DNA from: an uncultured Gammaproteobacteria bacterium
GTDB taxonomy: Bacteria > Patescibacteriota > Microgenomatia > Daviesbacterales > UBA10151
NCBI GenBank assembly: GCA_964489875.1
Contig: CAZAZW010000001.1
Coordinates: 310,337-374,336, forward strand
DNA: 64,000 nucleotides
Reading direction: 5' to 3'
The notes beneath the pieces are model-generated. The model was not told the DNA's origin. It ran no database searches and worked only from the letters and a program-made list of their open reading frames with translations. The translations under genes and the position numbers were made by a program. Numbering within the stretch: the stretch's first letter is position 1; each line of letters begins with the position of its first letter. Positions 44,436 through 52,672 of this stretch are shown in pieces.

Positions 44436-46544
44436 ATGGACAAGGTATATAACCAGGCTAAAGCTGAAAGTAAATGGTACAAATTCTGGGAAGAGAATGG
44501 TTTTTTTAAACCGGAAGTAAATCCGGAAGGCCAACCCTACACCATCATTCTCCCTCCCCCTAATGCCAATGCTCCACTTCACTTTGGCCATGCCATGTAC
44601 ACAGTAGAGGATATTTTAATCCGCTACCACCGCATGAAAGGGTATTCTGCTCTTTGGTTGCCCGGTTCAGACCATGCCGGCTTTGAAACTCAAGTGGTGT
44701 TTGAAAAACAACTAGAGAAAGAGGGTAAATCCCGCTTTGATTTTGACCGGCCAACTTTATATCAAATGATCTGGGACTTTGTTCAAGCTAACAAAGGCAC
44801 TATGGAGAGGCAACTTAAAAGACTTGGCTTTTCCCTGGACTGGTCCCGGCAAAAATTTACCCTTGATCCGGAAATAGTCAAAGTGGTCTATAAAACCTTT
44901 AAAAAAATGTACTCCGACGGCCTAATTTACCGGGGCCTCAGATTGGTTAATTACTGCACCAAACACGGTACCAGCTTTTCCGACCTGGAAGTGCTTTACG
45001 AAGACCGGACTACCCCGCTTTATTACATCAAGTATGGACCCCTTACCTTGGCTACAGTCCGACTGGAAACCAAATTCGGTGATACAGCCGTGGCTGTGCA
45101 TCCGGATGACAGCCGCTACCAAAAATACGTCGGTCATGCAATAGATATTGAAACAGTTCTGGGCCCGGCCAAAATTAAAGTTATTGCCGACGAAGCAGTG
45201 GACCCCGACTTTGGTACCGGAGTTATCAAGGTTACCCCGGCCCATGCGATGGTGGATTTTGAAATTGGCCAGCGGCACAACCTAGAAATTAGGCAGGTTA
45301 TCGGCTATGACGGCCGCTTAAATGAGAAAGCCGGCAAATTTGCCGGTATGAAAGTTAAAGAAGCCCGGGCTGCCATAGCTAAAGAAATGCAGGAAAAAGG
45401 CTTAATTGAAAAAGTAGATGAAAATTACCAAAACCGGGTGGGGGTTTGTTATAAATGCGGCAGCGAAATAGAGCCGCTGCCCTTGGAGCAGTGGTTTATC
45501 AAAATGGAAAACCTGGCTAAAAAGGCCATTGAAGTAGTTAAAAATAAAGCGGTCAAAATTTATCCAAAAAACTGGGAATCTACTTATTATTCTTGGCTAA
45601 ACAATATTAAAGATTGGAACATTTCCCGCCAAATTGTCTGGGGTATGCAAATTCCGGCCTGGAGATGTTTAAGTTGTAACCTGTGGACCGTCACAGAAGG
45701 TGAGACTCCTACCCAGTGCCAAAATTGCGGCAACACAACGCTGGAACGGGATTCCGACGTATTTGATACCTGGTTTTCCTCCGGTCAGTGGCCTTTTGCT
45801 ACTCTTCAAACCACCAAAGAGGGAGATTTTGATAAATTCTACCCTACTTCAGTCATGGAAACTATGTATGATATTTTGCTCTTTTGGGTAGCCAGAATGG
45901 TCATGTTGGGTCTTTATTCTACCGGCAAAATTCCTTTTAAAGATATCCTACTGCATGGTAAAGTATTAGACCCGCTTGGTAAGAAAATGAGCAAGTCCAA
46001 AGGTAATGTGGTTGACCCGATTGAAATTGCCGACCAGTACGGCGCAGATGCCCTCAGAATGGCTCTAGTATATGGCACGGCTTTTGGCCATGACCAAGCC
46101 TTATCCCATCCTAAACTGCAAGCCATGAGGAATTTTACCAATAAACTCTGGAACATTGGCCGCTTTATCATTGATTTTGCCCCGGAAGACGCCAAACATG
46201 TTGACAAAAACTTAACGATCGTCAATAGTTTGTCAAATCCAGACGACAAAAGAATTATAGAAATGCTGGCAGAAACCGTTCGAAAAACAACTACAGCTTT
46301 GGATTCTTACCGCTTCCATGATGCCTCAGATGCCTTATATGAATTTATCTGGCATAAGTTTGCTGATAAATACATTGAGTCAACTAAAAATAGACGTGCT
46401 GAAGCCCAACCCGTTTTGGAACATGTTTTCAAAACCAGTCTGGAACTACTACATCCATTTATGCCATTTCTGACCGAAGAACTCTGGCAAAAACTACCCC
46501 ATGCAGAAAAATCGATCATGGTAACAAAATGGCCAGAGGCTTGA
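44436..46544 (+). CDS. valS: Valine--tRNA ligase (short, lacks C-terminal coiled-coil)
   Basis: PPPNANAPLHFGHA (HIGH), TPAHA..., DVFDTWFSSGQWPF, KMSKSKGN. Start set at MDKVYNQAKAESKWYKFWE. Confidence 0.9.
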   Translation: MDKVYNQAKAESKWYKFWEENGFFKPEVNPEGQPYTIILPPPNANAPLHFGHAMYTVEDILIRYHRMKGYSALWLPGSDHAGFETQVVFEKQLEKEGKSRFDFDRPTLYQMIWDFVQANKGTMERQLKRLGFSLDWSRQKFTLDPEIVKVVYKTFKKMYSDGLIYRGLRLVNYCTKHGTSFSDLEVLYEDRTTPLYYIKYGPLTLATVRLETKFGDTAVAVHPDDSRYQKYVGHAIDIETVLGPAKIKVIADEAVDPDFGTGVIKVTPAHAMVDFEIGQRHNLEIRQVIGYDGRLNEKAGKFAGMKVKEARAAIAKEMQEKGLIEKVDENYQNRVGVCYKCGSEIEPLPLEQWFIKMENLAKKAIEVVKNKAVKIYPKNWESTYYSWLNNIKDWNISRQIVWGMQIPAWRCLSCNLWTVTEGETPTQCQNCGNTTLERDSDVFDTWFSSGQWPFATLQTTKEGDFDKFYPTSVMETMYDILLFWVARMVMLGLYSTGKIPFKDILLHGKVLDPLGKKMSKSKGNVVDPIEIADQYGADALRMALVYGTAFGHDQALSHPKLQAMRNFTNKLWNIGRFIIDFAPEDAKHVDKNLTIVNSLSNPDDKRIIEMLAETVRKTTTALDSYRFHDASDALYEFIWHKFADKYIESTKNRRAEAQPVLEHVFKTSLELLHPFMPFLTEELWQKLPHAEKSIMVTKWPEA

Positions 46545-46569
46545 CATTAAGTTATAAAGAAGATATTAA
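46541..46569 (+). promoter_or_regulatory. Sigma-70-type promoter TTGACA-17-TATTAA
   Basis: The -35 overlaps the valS stop codon. The -10 ends 8 nt before ATG 46578, implying a leaderless or near-leaderless mRNA. Confidence 0.5.
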
Positions 46570-46577
46570 TTAATTGT

Positions 46578-46907
46578 ATGGCAGTTAGAATTGAGGATAG
46601 AGAAATTGTTCAGTCGATCGCCCACATGCTTGGTGAAAACATTCCAGAAAGTCCTCATAAAACAATATTTTTTAATGGTCCCGATGGAGCCGGTAATCAA
46701 GTTTTTGTTAAAGCAAAACAAATCACAGAGGCTGTACAGTTATTAGAGGTAGGTATTCGAAACCCAAGAGGCGAATTAAAAGGCAGTACTGACTTAGTAA
46801 ATGGAGAACTCCAACTAGGAAAAAAGGGGATCGTAATCAAGGATGTTAAAAATGATCGACTTGTAATTGGTCCTAGACTGGCAGCTATTGTTCATCCCCG
46901 CCGATAA
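46578..46907 (+). CDS. Hypothetical protein (109 aa)
   Basis: ORF with its own promoter. No recognised motif. Confidence 0.4.
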   Translation: MAVRIEDREIVQSIAHMLGENIPESPHKTIFFNGPDGAGNQVFVKAKQITEAVQLLEVGIRNPRGELKGSTDLVNGELQLGKKGIVIKDVKNDRLVIGPRLAAIVHPRR

Positions 46908-46958
46908 ACATTCCCAGGCACGATTTACCGCAAAATTAACGCAAATTATCCGCAGAGA

Positions 46959-47756
46959 TTATTCTTTTTGAGGCTCTTCTCCGCCTTTTCCAGTCTCCCC
47001 TTGTGATTGTTCGCCCTCTGTTGTAGCTTCACCTTCTGCAACTTCTTCTCCTTCAGCAGCTTCAGCGCCTTCAGCCGCTTCTTCAGCTTTCTCTGCGCCT
47101 TCTTCAGTCTCAGCAGCGGCCGCTGCAGTCTCTGCAGCCTGCTCTTCCATCAACTGCTGCATCTCAGCTGTCACAGCCGGAGCTAGCTTAACCACGATAT
47201 CTTCCTCAACAGCATCAATAGTTAGCTTACTTCTGTCATAATTTAGCTGGCCAACTGTAATAGCATCATCAATATTCTTTAAAGAGGTAATATCAACTTC
47301 AATATTTTCCACCAAATCAGTCGGCAAAGCTTCCATCTGCACCTCATTTAAGGTTTGCAACACGATTGTCTCCCCTAACTTGACTGATTCCGGCTGCTCC
47401 CCGACCAAAACCAACGGCACCGGCACCTTAACTTTCTGAGTCAGGTTAACCTGATAAAAATCAATGTGGACAGGCTCATCTGAAACCGGGTCATATTGCA
47501 CTCCCCGCACCATCACCGGTCTCACCTTTTCAGTATCGACTGCGTCAGCAGCAAGCTTGCTTATCTTAAGATCAATTAAACCTGTCTCCCCCGCCTCTTT
47601 AAAGATTTTCAGGAAAGTCTTACCGTCAACTGATACATGTTCTGTTTCCAAGCCCTTACCAAAAACATGGCCCGGCAGCTTGCCGTCTTTTCTTAAATTC
47701 TTAACTTTTTTGCCTAAGAGTATTCTCTCCTCGGCATTTAAACTTAATCTGTCCAT
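46959..47756 (-). CDS. rplY: Ribosomal protein L25 / Ctc with long acidic C-terminal tail
   Basis: LNAEERILLGKKVKNLRKDGKLPGHVFGKG, PVMVRGVQYDPVSDEPVHIDFYQV, and a tail rich in E/A/G. Confidence 0.8.
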   Translation of the reverse strand: MDRLSLNAEERILLGKKVKNLRKDGKLPGHVFGKGLETEHVSVDGKTFLKIFKEAGETGLIDLKISKLAADAVDTEKVRPVMVRGVQYDPVSDEPVHIDFYQVNLTQKVKVPVPLVLVGEQPESVKLGETIVLQTLNEVQMEALPTDLVENIEVDITSLKNIDDAITVGQLNYDRSKLTIDAVEEDIVVKLAPAVTAEMQQLMEEQAAETAAAAAETEEGAEKAEEAAEGAEAAEGEEVAEGEATTEGEQSQGETGKGGEEPQKE

Positions 47757-47812
47757 ATTTTAGTGAAGGTAATTTAACACATTTGGGCTTCCTGTTCAAG
47801 CCTCAGGCAAAA

Positions 47813-48079
47813 TCATGGGGTCTCCAATTGGCTAGGATCAATCTTTATTTTTAAGTTTAGTGAATCTACCGTACATTCATTACCGGTACAAGCTACTCTT
47901 TTTTCCTGACCGTTTTGATCCTGCTCCGTAATTTCAAAAGCATTGTAAATTTGCTGGGAGGCTTTTGGTTTAAATATTTGCCTTTGTTGCACTAAATAAA
48001 CAGCCAGTACCAAACCTAAAAGAAGGATAACAAGAATGATTAATGATTTTTTATCTAAAAGAATATCCTTAATATTCAT
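47813..48079 (-). CDS. Small signal-anchored protein
   Basis: TM helix LIILVILLLGLVLAVYLV followed by a short ectodomain with CTGNEC. Confidence 0.35.
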   Translation of the reverse strand: MNIKDILLDKKSLIILVILLLGLVLAVYLVQQRQIFKPKASQQIYNAFEITEQDQNGQEKRVACTGNECTVDSLNLKIKIDPSQLETP

Positions 48080-48120
48080 TATCTTTAGTTTATCATCTTA
48101 ATTACTGAATTTCACTGCTG

Positions 48121-51100
48121 TCAATTCTGACACTGCCCTTGATCTCCCAAATCTTCTTGCTCATACCTTAAGGTATTCCCCTGACAATCCTTAACCCTGG
48201 TAATCAGATATGTATGGGCCGGATCTTTATCTTCCAAGCCTACTGTCCCCCCGCATTGGGGATACTGGTCGCTTCTATCTTCAGGGCACTGCTCTAATGC
48301 AGGTTCTGTAGACTGCTCAGGGATAGGACACCAGGAAGCGCAACCCTCATCATATTGAGATTCAACAATCGGAGTGTAATTACCACAGCTATCTTGAGAT
48401 ATTCTCCTTGAGGTATTGCAGGCAGTACATTCATTATATTGTCTAATTTCTGTACACCCAGGGGCTACCGAAGATTGCGGCTGATATTTAAAAGTATAGG
48501 CTAAGGGCCTGGAACTACCATCAGAGTAATAAACCACCACCGGAATAGAGAAAACCTGAGGTTGACCAGCCACACCCGGAAGGTCTAACCTAAAACCGGA
48601 ATAAAGTTCAGTCGGATCAATTTCCTGTTCATTAACAGTTACTCTGACTATTTTTTTACTGACTTCAGGTGAGGGAGAACTGGAACACCATGATTCACAA
48701 GCTGGATCTGTACCCGGATTAACCTCGGTATTATCAAACCGACCGCAGCTGTCCTGAAGGACTCTACGAGACTGATTACAAGCAAAACATTCATTATACT
48801 TAAAGGTGAAATCTCCACAGCCAGGAGCAGATGAAACAAATGGCTCTGCAGTAGGTTGAGGTACACCGCTGGATGGCTGAACCAAGCTAGCAGATACTAG
48901 AGGCGTGGCCTGAGCATCACTCTGAGGCTGATAATTTATCAGTAACGCAGAATAAACCACCTCCCCATCTGAATATTCAATTACAAAGGGAAGACTAAAC
49001 CTTTGTGCTTGTCCCGCATTTCCCGGCAAACGGGTGATGATTTCTTGAGGGTTATTTATATCTATCTCCTGGTCTTGCCCGTTGACAGTAACGGTCAGCC
49101 TGACAACTTTTTTAACCATCTTAGCTTGAATATTAATACCGGCTACTGTAACCATTTCGCCATCTCTCATCTCCAGCGGTTCATAATCTTTATACTCTTC
49201 ACCGGTAATAACCCTCACAAAAACCCGTCTTGTAGGAGAGGGAACTAAGGTACTGAGTTTCCATGTTATGGTTTGCCCGCTGGGGTTGTTAATAGCGACA
49301 GTTGGGCTACCTGCATCTGTCGGTGCATTATCGCTCCTAAAATCAACATAGTTGGAGATTAAAACCTGAGTTGATTCGGATACAGAAGTCGGAGTAGGTT
49401 CACTTGAACTGAAAGGTGTAGCCAGCGGAGTTACGATTGGAGTAGATGTCGGCGTCGGTTCAGCGCTTGAGGATGGAATAGGAGTGGGTTTTGTACTAGC
49501 ACTGGTAGGACAACTAACAAGTGGTCCACAAGAATAAGCACAACCTGCGGTTGGATTTAAACAAGTATCATTTATCCAAGTACAAGTACTTGTATCGCTG
49601 GTATAACCACTGTAACACTTATCACCTTGGCTATAAACACAGTTATCCGCAGCAGCAGGGCAAATGGATGCTGGAGTGTTAGTGGGACTTGGTTCCACTG
49701 TGCCAGAAGGTACCGGCATTATACTTCCTGATGGAATTGGACTAGGTGTAGACTGACTATCAGCTGCTGCGGGACATGAGGGATCAAAAAACTGCACATT
49801 GCCTATCTTTTCGCCCGCCTGGATATCCTGAGCATTTAAAGTATAAGTCTCTATTATATGACCAACTCCTGATACTGATCTACCATCCAATTGATACTGA
49901 GTTCCCACCACAGGATTATTAATACCTAAGCTTATTTCTCCTTTGCCGGTTAGCTTATCTGTAAAGGTGGAAGTACCGATAAGTTTATTCGGATCCGGCC
50001 CCCCAAACAGGTTGAATTCTGCGGCAAGCGGTTTTTTCTCTGCTCCGCAAGCGGCTAATAGAGTTACTGTCAGAATTAAAGCAGGCTTATTAAAATCTTT
50101 GCCTTGAATGATAAAATCTTTGTCTGCTTGGAATAATGCCCCATCCGCCGTGGTAACTTGCATAGTCCACCGGCTTTGCGCCGCGGGCGATACGGCATTA
50201 TCCTTTATGAAAATTCCAATCCCGATACCATTCCAATTCTTAACTTCATAACTGTCCGGTGGCAAGGTGGTGGTTTTGTCTACAGTGGATATAAACTCAA
50301 TTTTCCCGGGCTTTTCCCCGAAAAGTTTATCGCCATTGAAAAGATTATATACTGTTCCGGCCTGGACAATTTGTTCCGAACCCAAACGAAAAACGGTAGG
50401 TGCTTTCACTCCGGAATCAACAGTAGGCTCAGGAGCCGGATCGTTCTCCGAATTAATAAAAGGGCTTTTGTAAAGTTTTGTAATTTCCGGATTTGCGAAG
50501 GTATTATTGAATCTAATATTGGGAAACTCTGTAAAGGGTGTTCCATACCCCATCACACTTGTCCATTCTTGAGCTGGCGGAAGTGGTTGTGGAGTTCCAT
50601 CAATACATTCTCCAGTACTTACTTCTGTACAGGGATGGCCCTTGCCATAACCGCTATAGTTCAATCCAAAAGCATGCCCTAGTTCATGAGCTAGAGCATA
50701 CTTACTCCATTGCTTCGCATCAAAACCCAGATCGCCACGAGCATTAAATAAATCCACATAAGGCATTACCACTAAACTTGTATCAAGCCGTCCCACAGAG
50801 TTTGCGAAGGCATAAGCCTTTCCCGAAGTATTCGAACCTATAATCCAAATCGCCTGTATTTTATTAAGTTGGTAAGGTATCAATTGCTTCCCAGTAGAAT
50901 CTAAAATATTAAGATAATCGAACACCTTTTCTATCTCTCCGCTAGTATTAAAGACTTCTTTATCACTGTAAACAACTTCTACTGTGTTAGCAAAATTAAA
51001 ACTCTTACCATTCAGTCTGGTGGCAAAAAATTGCTGAGCACTTCCTAAATTACTTACAATAACTTGCTTGTAACTCTGTATGCCCTCGGCACTCTCCCTG

Positions 51101-51231
51101 TCTTTCCAATCCTTTGGTATTAGAATAATAGGCTGTACTATATACACATCAGTTGCATAAGAAGGAATCGATATTATCAGAGGAGATATCATCAACAGAA
51201 AAAATAGAAATAACTTGCTTGCAATTTTCAT
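48121..51231 (-). CDS. Large secreted metzincin-like zinc metalloprotease with Cys-rich repeat modules
   Basis: Signal peptide MKIASKLFLFFLLMISPLIISIPSYA. HELGHAFGL (nt 50674-50688) followed by SVMGYG (Met-turn-like). P/T/S linkers. Duplicated modules in the C-terminal third. Confidence 0.6.
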   Translation of the reverse strand: MKIASKLFLFFLLMISPLIISIPSYATDVYIVQPIILIPKDWKDRESAEGIQSYKQVIVSNLGSAQQFFATRLNGKSFNFANTVEVVYSDKEVFNTSGEIEKVFDYLNILDSTGKQLIPYQLNKIQAIWIIGSNTSGKAYAFANSVGRLDTSLVVMPYVDLFNARGDLGFDAKQWSKYALAHELGHAFGLNYSGYGKGHPCTEVSTGECIDGTPQPLPPAQEWTSVMGYGTPFTEFPNIRFNNTFANPEITKLYKSPFINSENDPAPEPTVDSGVKAPTVFRLGSEQIVQAGTVYNLFNGDKLFGEKPGKIEFISTVDKTTTLPPDSYEVKNWNGIGIGIFIKDNAVSPAAQSRWTMQVTTADGALFQADKDFIIQGKDFNKPALILTVTLLAACGAEKKPLAAEFNLFGGPDPNKLIGTSTFTDKLTGKGEISLGINNPVVGTQYQLDGRSVSGVGHIIETYTLNAQDIQAGEKIGNVQFFDPSCPAAADSQSTPSPIPSGSIMPVPSGTVEPSPTNTPASICPAAADNCVYSQGDKCYSGYTSDTSTCTWINDTCLNPTAGCAYSCGPLVSCPTSASTKPTPIPSSSAEPTPTSTPIVTPLATPFSSSEPTPTSVSESTQVLISNYVDFRSDNAPTDAGSPTVAINNPSGQTITWKLSTLVPSPTRRVFVRVITGEEYKDYEPLEMRDGEMVTVAGINIQAKMVKKVVRLTVTVNGQDQEIDINNPQEIITRLPGNAGQAQRFSLPFVIEYSDGEVVYSALLINYQPQSDAQATPLVSASLVQPSSGVPQPTAEPFVSSAPGCGDFTFKYNECFACNQSRRVLQDSCGRFDNTEVNPGTDPACESWCSSSPSPEVSKKIVRVTVNEQEIDPTELYSGFRLDLPGVAGQPQVFSIPVVVYYSDGSSRPLAYTFKYQPQSSVAPGCTEIRQYNECTACNTSRRISQDSCGNYTPIVESQYDEGCASWCPIPEQSTEPALEQCPEDRSDQYPQCGGTVGLEDKDPAHTYLITRVKDCQGNTLRYEQEDLGDQGQCQN

Positions 51232-51245
51232 CTTCGAATATTTTG

Positions 51246-51788
51246 TTATACCATCCTCCCAGTCCAAATTAACTTATCGCCTTTATTTTCCGGAATATAC
51301 ACCTTAATTACAGAATTGGGCCGATATATGACAACCACCTCAAAATTAAAAGTCCCTTGGGAAGTTTGTATAATCTTTTTAAGAGTAACCCCCCAACTGC
51401 TTTGTAGTAGCTCTCTTTCCTTTGATATCACCTCAATTTTATAAACAAATGCAGCGTTGGAAACATCCTTAGGTTGACTGGGATACAAAGGAACTAAATC
51501 CGCCTTAATTCTTCCTGTGTCACGTTGAATAACTGAACCGCTTTTTGGATCGTATTCTAAATTGGCAAAAAAGAAGTCTTGCTCAGCTGGATCCGCAATT
51601 TGGTTAATCTTGCCCTCCCGAATTACTTTCGGAGTAGTTGAGAGTTTTAGGTTTAAAGGAAAAAACTTCTGTTTAATCTGATCTCTAAAGAACAAGGTGA
51701 CCAAAGGGATTGAAATTGAAAAAAGCAAAAATAAAAAAATAATTGATAAAAACTTTTTATCCTTAAGAGGAGAGAATCCTAGACCCAT
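51246..51788 (-). CDS. Signal-anchored protein, unknown function
   Basis: TM helix FLSIIFLFLLFSISIPLVTLFF. Lies immediately upstream of the metalloprotease gene on the same strand. Confidence 0.4.
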   Translation of the reverse strand: MGLGFSPLKDKKFLSIIFLFLLFSISIPLVTLFFRDQIKQKFFPLNLKLSTTPKVIREGKINQIADPAEQDFFFANLEYDPKSGSVIQRDTGRIKADLVPLYPSQPKDVSNAAFVYKIEVISKERELLQSSWGVTLKKIIQTSQGTFNFEVVVIYRPNSVIKVYIPENKGDKLIWTGRMV

Positions 51789-51829
51789 ACATCCAGTTTA
51801 GGAACTACCGGAAACAATGTCAACTTAGC

Positions 51830-52672
51830 TTAAGCAAAACCTAAGACTGCCACCCCACCCAACAGTATGATTGCCCCTATTAAAACCTGTAGCCTGGCTT
51901 TTGTGTTTACCACTTCTTTAAAATAAAACAGCCCCCAAAGTACCGCTACCAAAACAGCTAACTGAGTAACCGGTAAGCCCCTGGCCAGACCAATTGCGGC
52001 AATAGCAAAAACCGCCAGTAAATTACCAATCGCCCAAATTACCCCGCTTAACAGGCTTGCCAAAACTGCCTTGTTTTGAAATTTAATCCTATTTATGAAA
52101 CTGATTACCATGGCGGTGGCAAATATTCCCACAGTCATGGAGAAAAAATAATCTTTGGGGTTAACCTGTCCAATTTTTACCGGTACAAACTGGCTGCCCC
52201 AGATTAAACCGGCCAGCATCGCTGTCAAGAATCCCCTTTTAATATTTTGGCTCTCTGTTTTACTAGATGAGGCCACTATCACCACTCCCAAAATAATAAA
52301 AACAATTGCCAAAAATCCCAAGGACAAACCCTTTGACATTTCTCCAAAAACTAAAGCTCCCCAGGAGAAAGAAACCAAAATCACCAAGGATGACATGATC
52401 GGCACTGCCCGGGCAATTCCCAAATTTGCAACTGCTATAAGAGACAGCGCATTCGGTATTGCCCACAATACTCCAGACAAGAGTCCCCAGATATTGGGCG
52501 CTAGCGCAAATTTAAAAAGTAAAGAAATAACAAAACCTGACACTAAGATCCCCAAAGCCATCACCGCTTGGAATAAAACCAGATTCTGAGAGCGGGATTT
52601 TTTAAAAGGAACAAGATAAGAACCCCAACAAAGCGCCGCAGCAACTGCTGCCAAAATCCCTAAATTGTTCAT
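51830..52672 (-). CDS. 10-TM transporter (GRP/EamA-like sugar uptake family, tentative)
   Basis: 280 aa, two 5-TM halves. N-terminus ILAAVAAALCWGSYLVPFKKS resembles GlcU/RbsU-type proteins. Confidence 0.5.
   Translation of the reverse strand: MNNLGILAAVAAALCWGSYLVPFKKSRSQNLVLFQAVMALGILVSGFVISLLFKFALAPNIWGLLSGVLWAIPNALSLIAVANLGIARAVPIMSSLVILVSFSWGALVFGEMSKGLSLGFLAIVFIILGVVIVASSSKTESQNIKRGFLTAMLAGLIWGSQFVPVKIGQVNPKDYFFSMTVGIFATAMVISFINRIKFQNKAVLASLLSGVIWAIGNLLAVFAIAAIGLARGLPVTQLAVLVAVLWGLFYFKEVVNTKARLQVLIGAIILLGGVAVLGFA

Noticed and set aside
43494-44436. A T-box or other known riboswitch controlling valS.
   Set aside because: There is no T-box consensus or specifier architecture, two protein-coding ORFs lie between the leader and valS, and I could match no known riboswitch core by eye. 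It is kept only as an unclassified attenuator candidate.
50158-50682. A 174-aa plus-strand ORF antisense to the metalloprotease gene.
   Set aside because: It overlaps the HELGH-coding segment of the long minus-strand ORF, so it is a shadow ORF.
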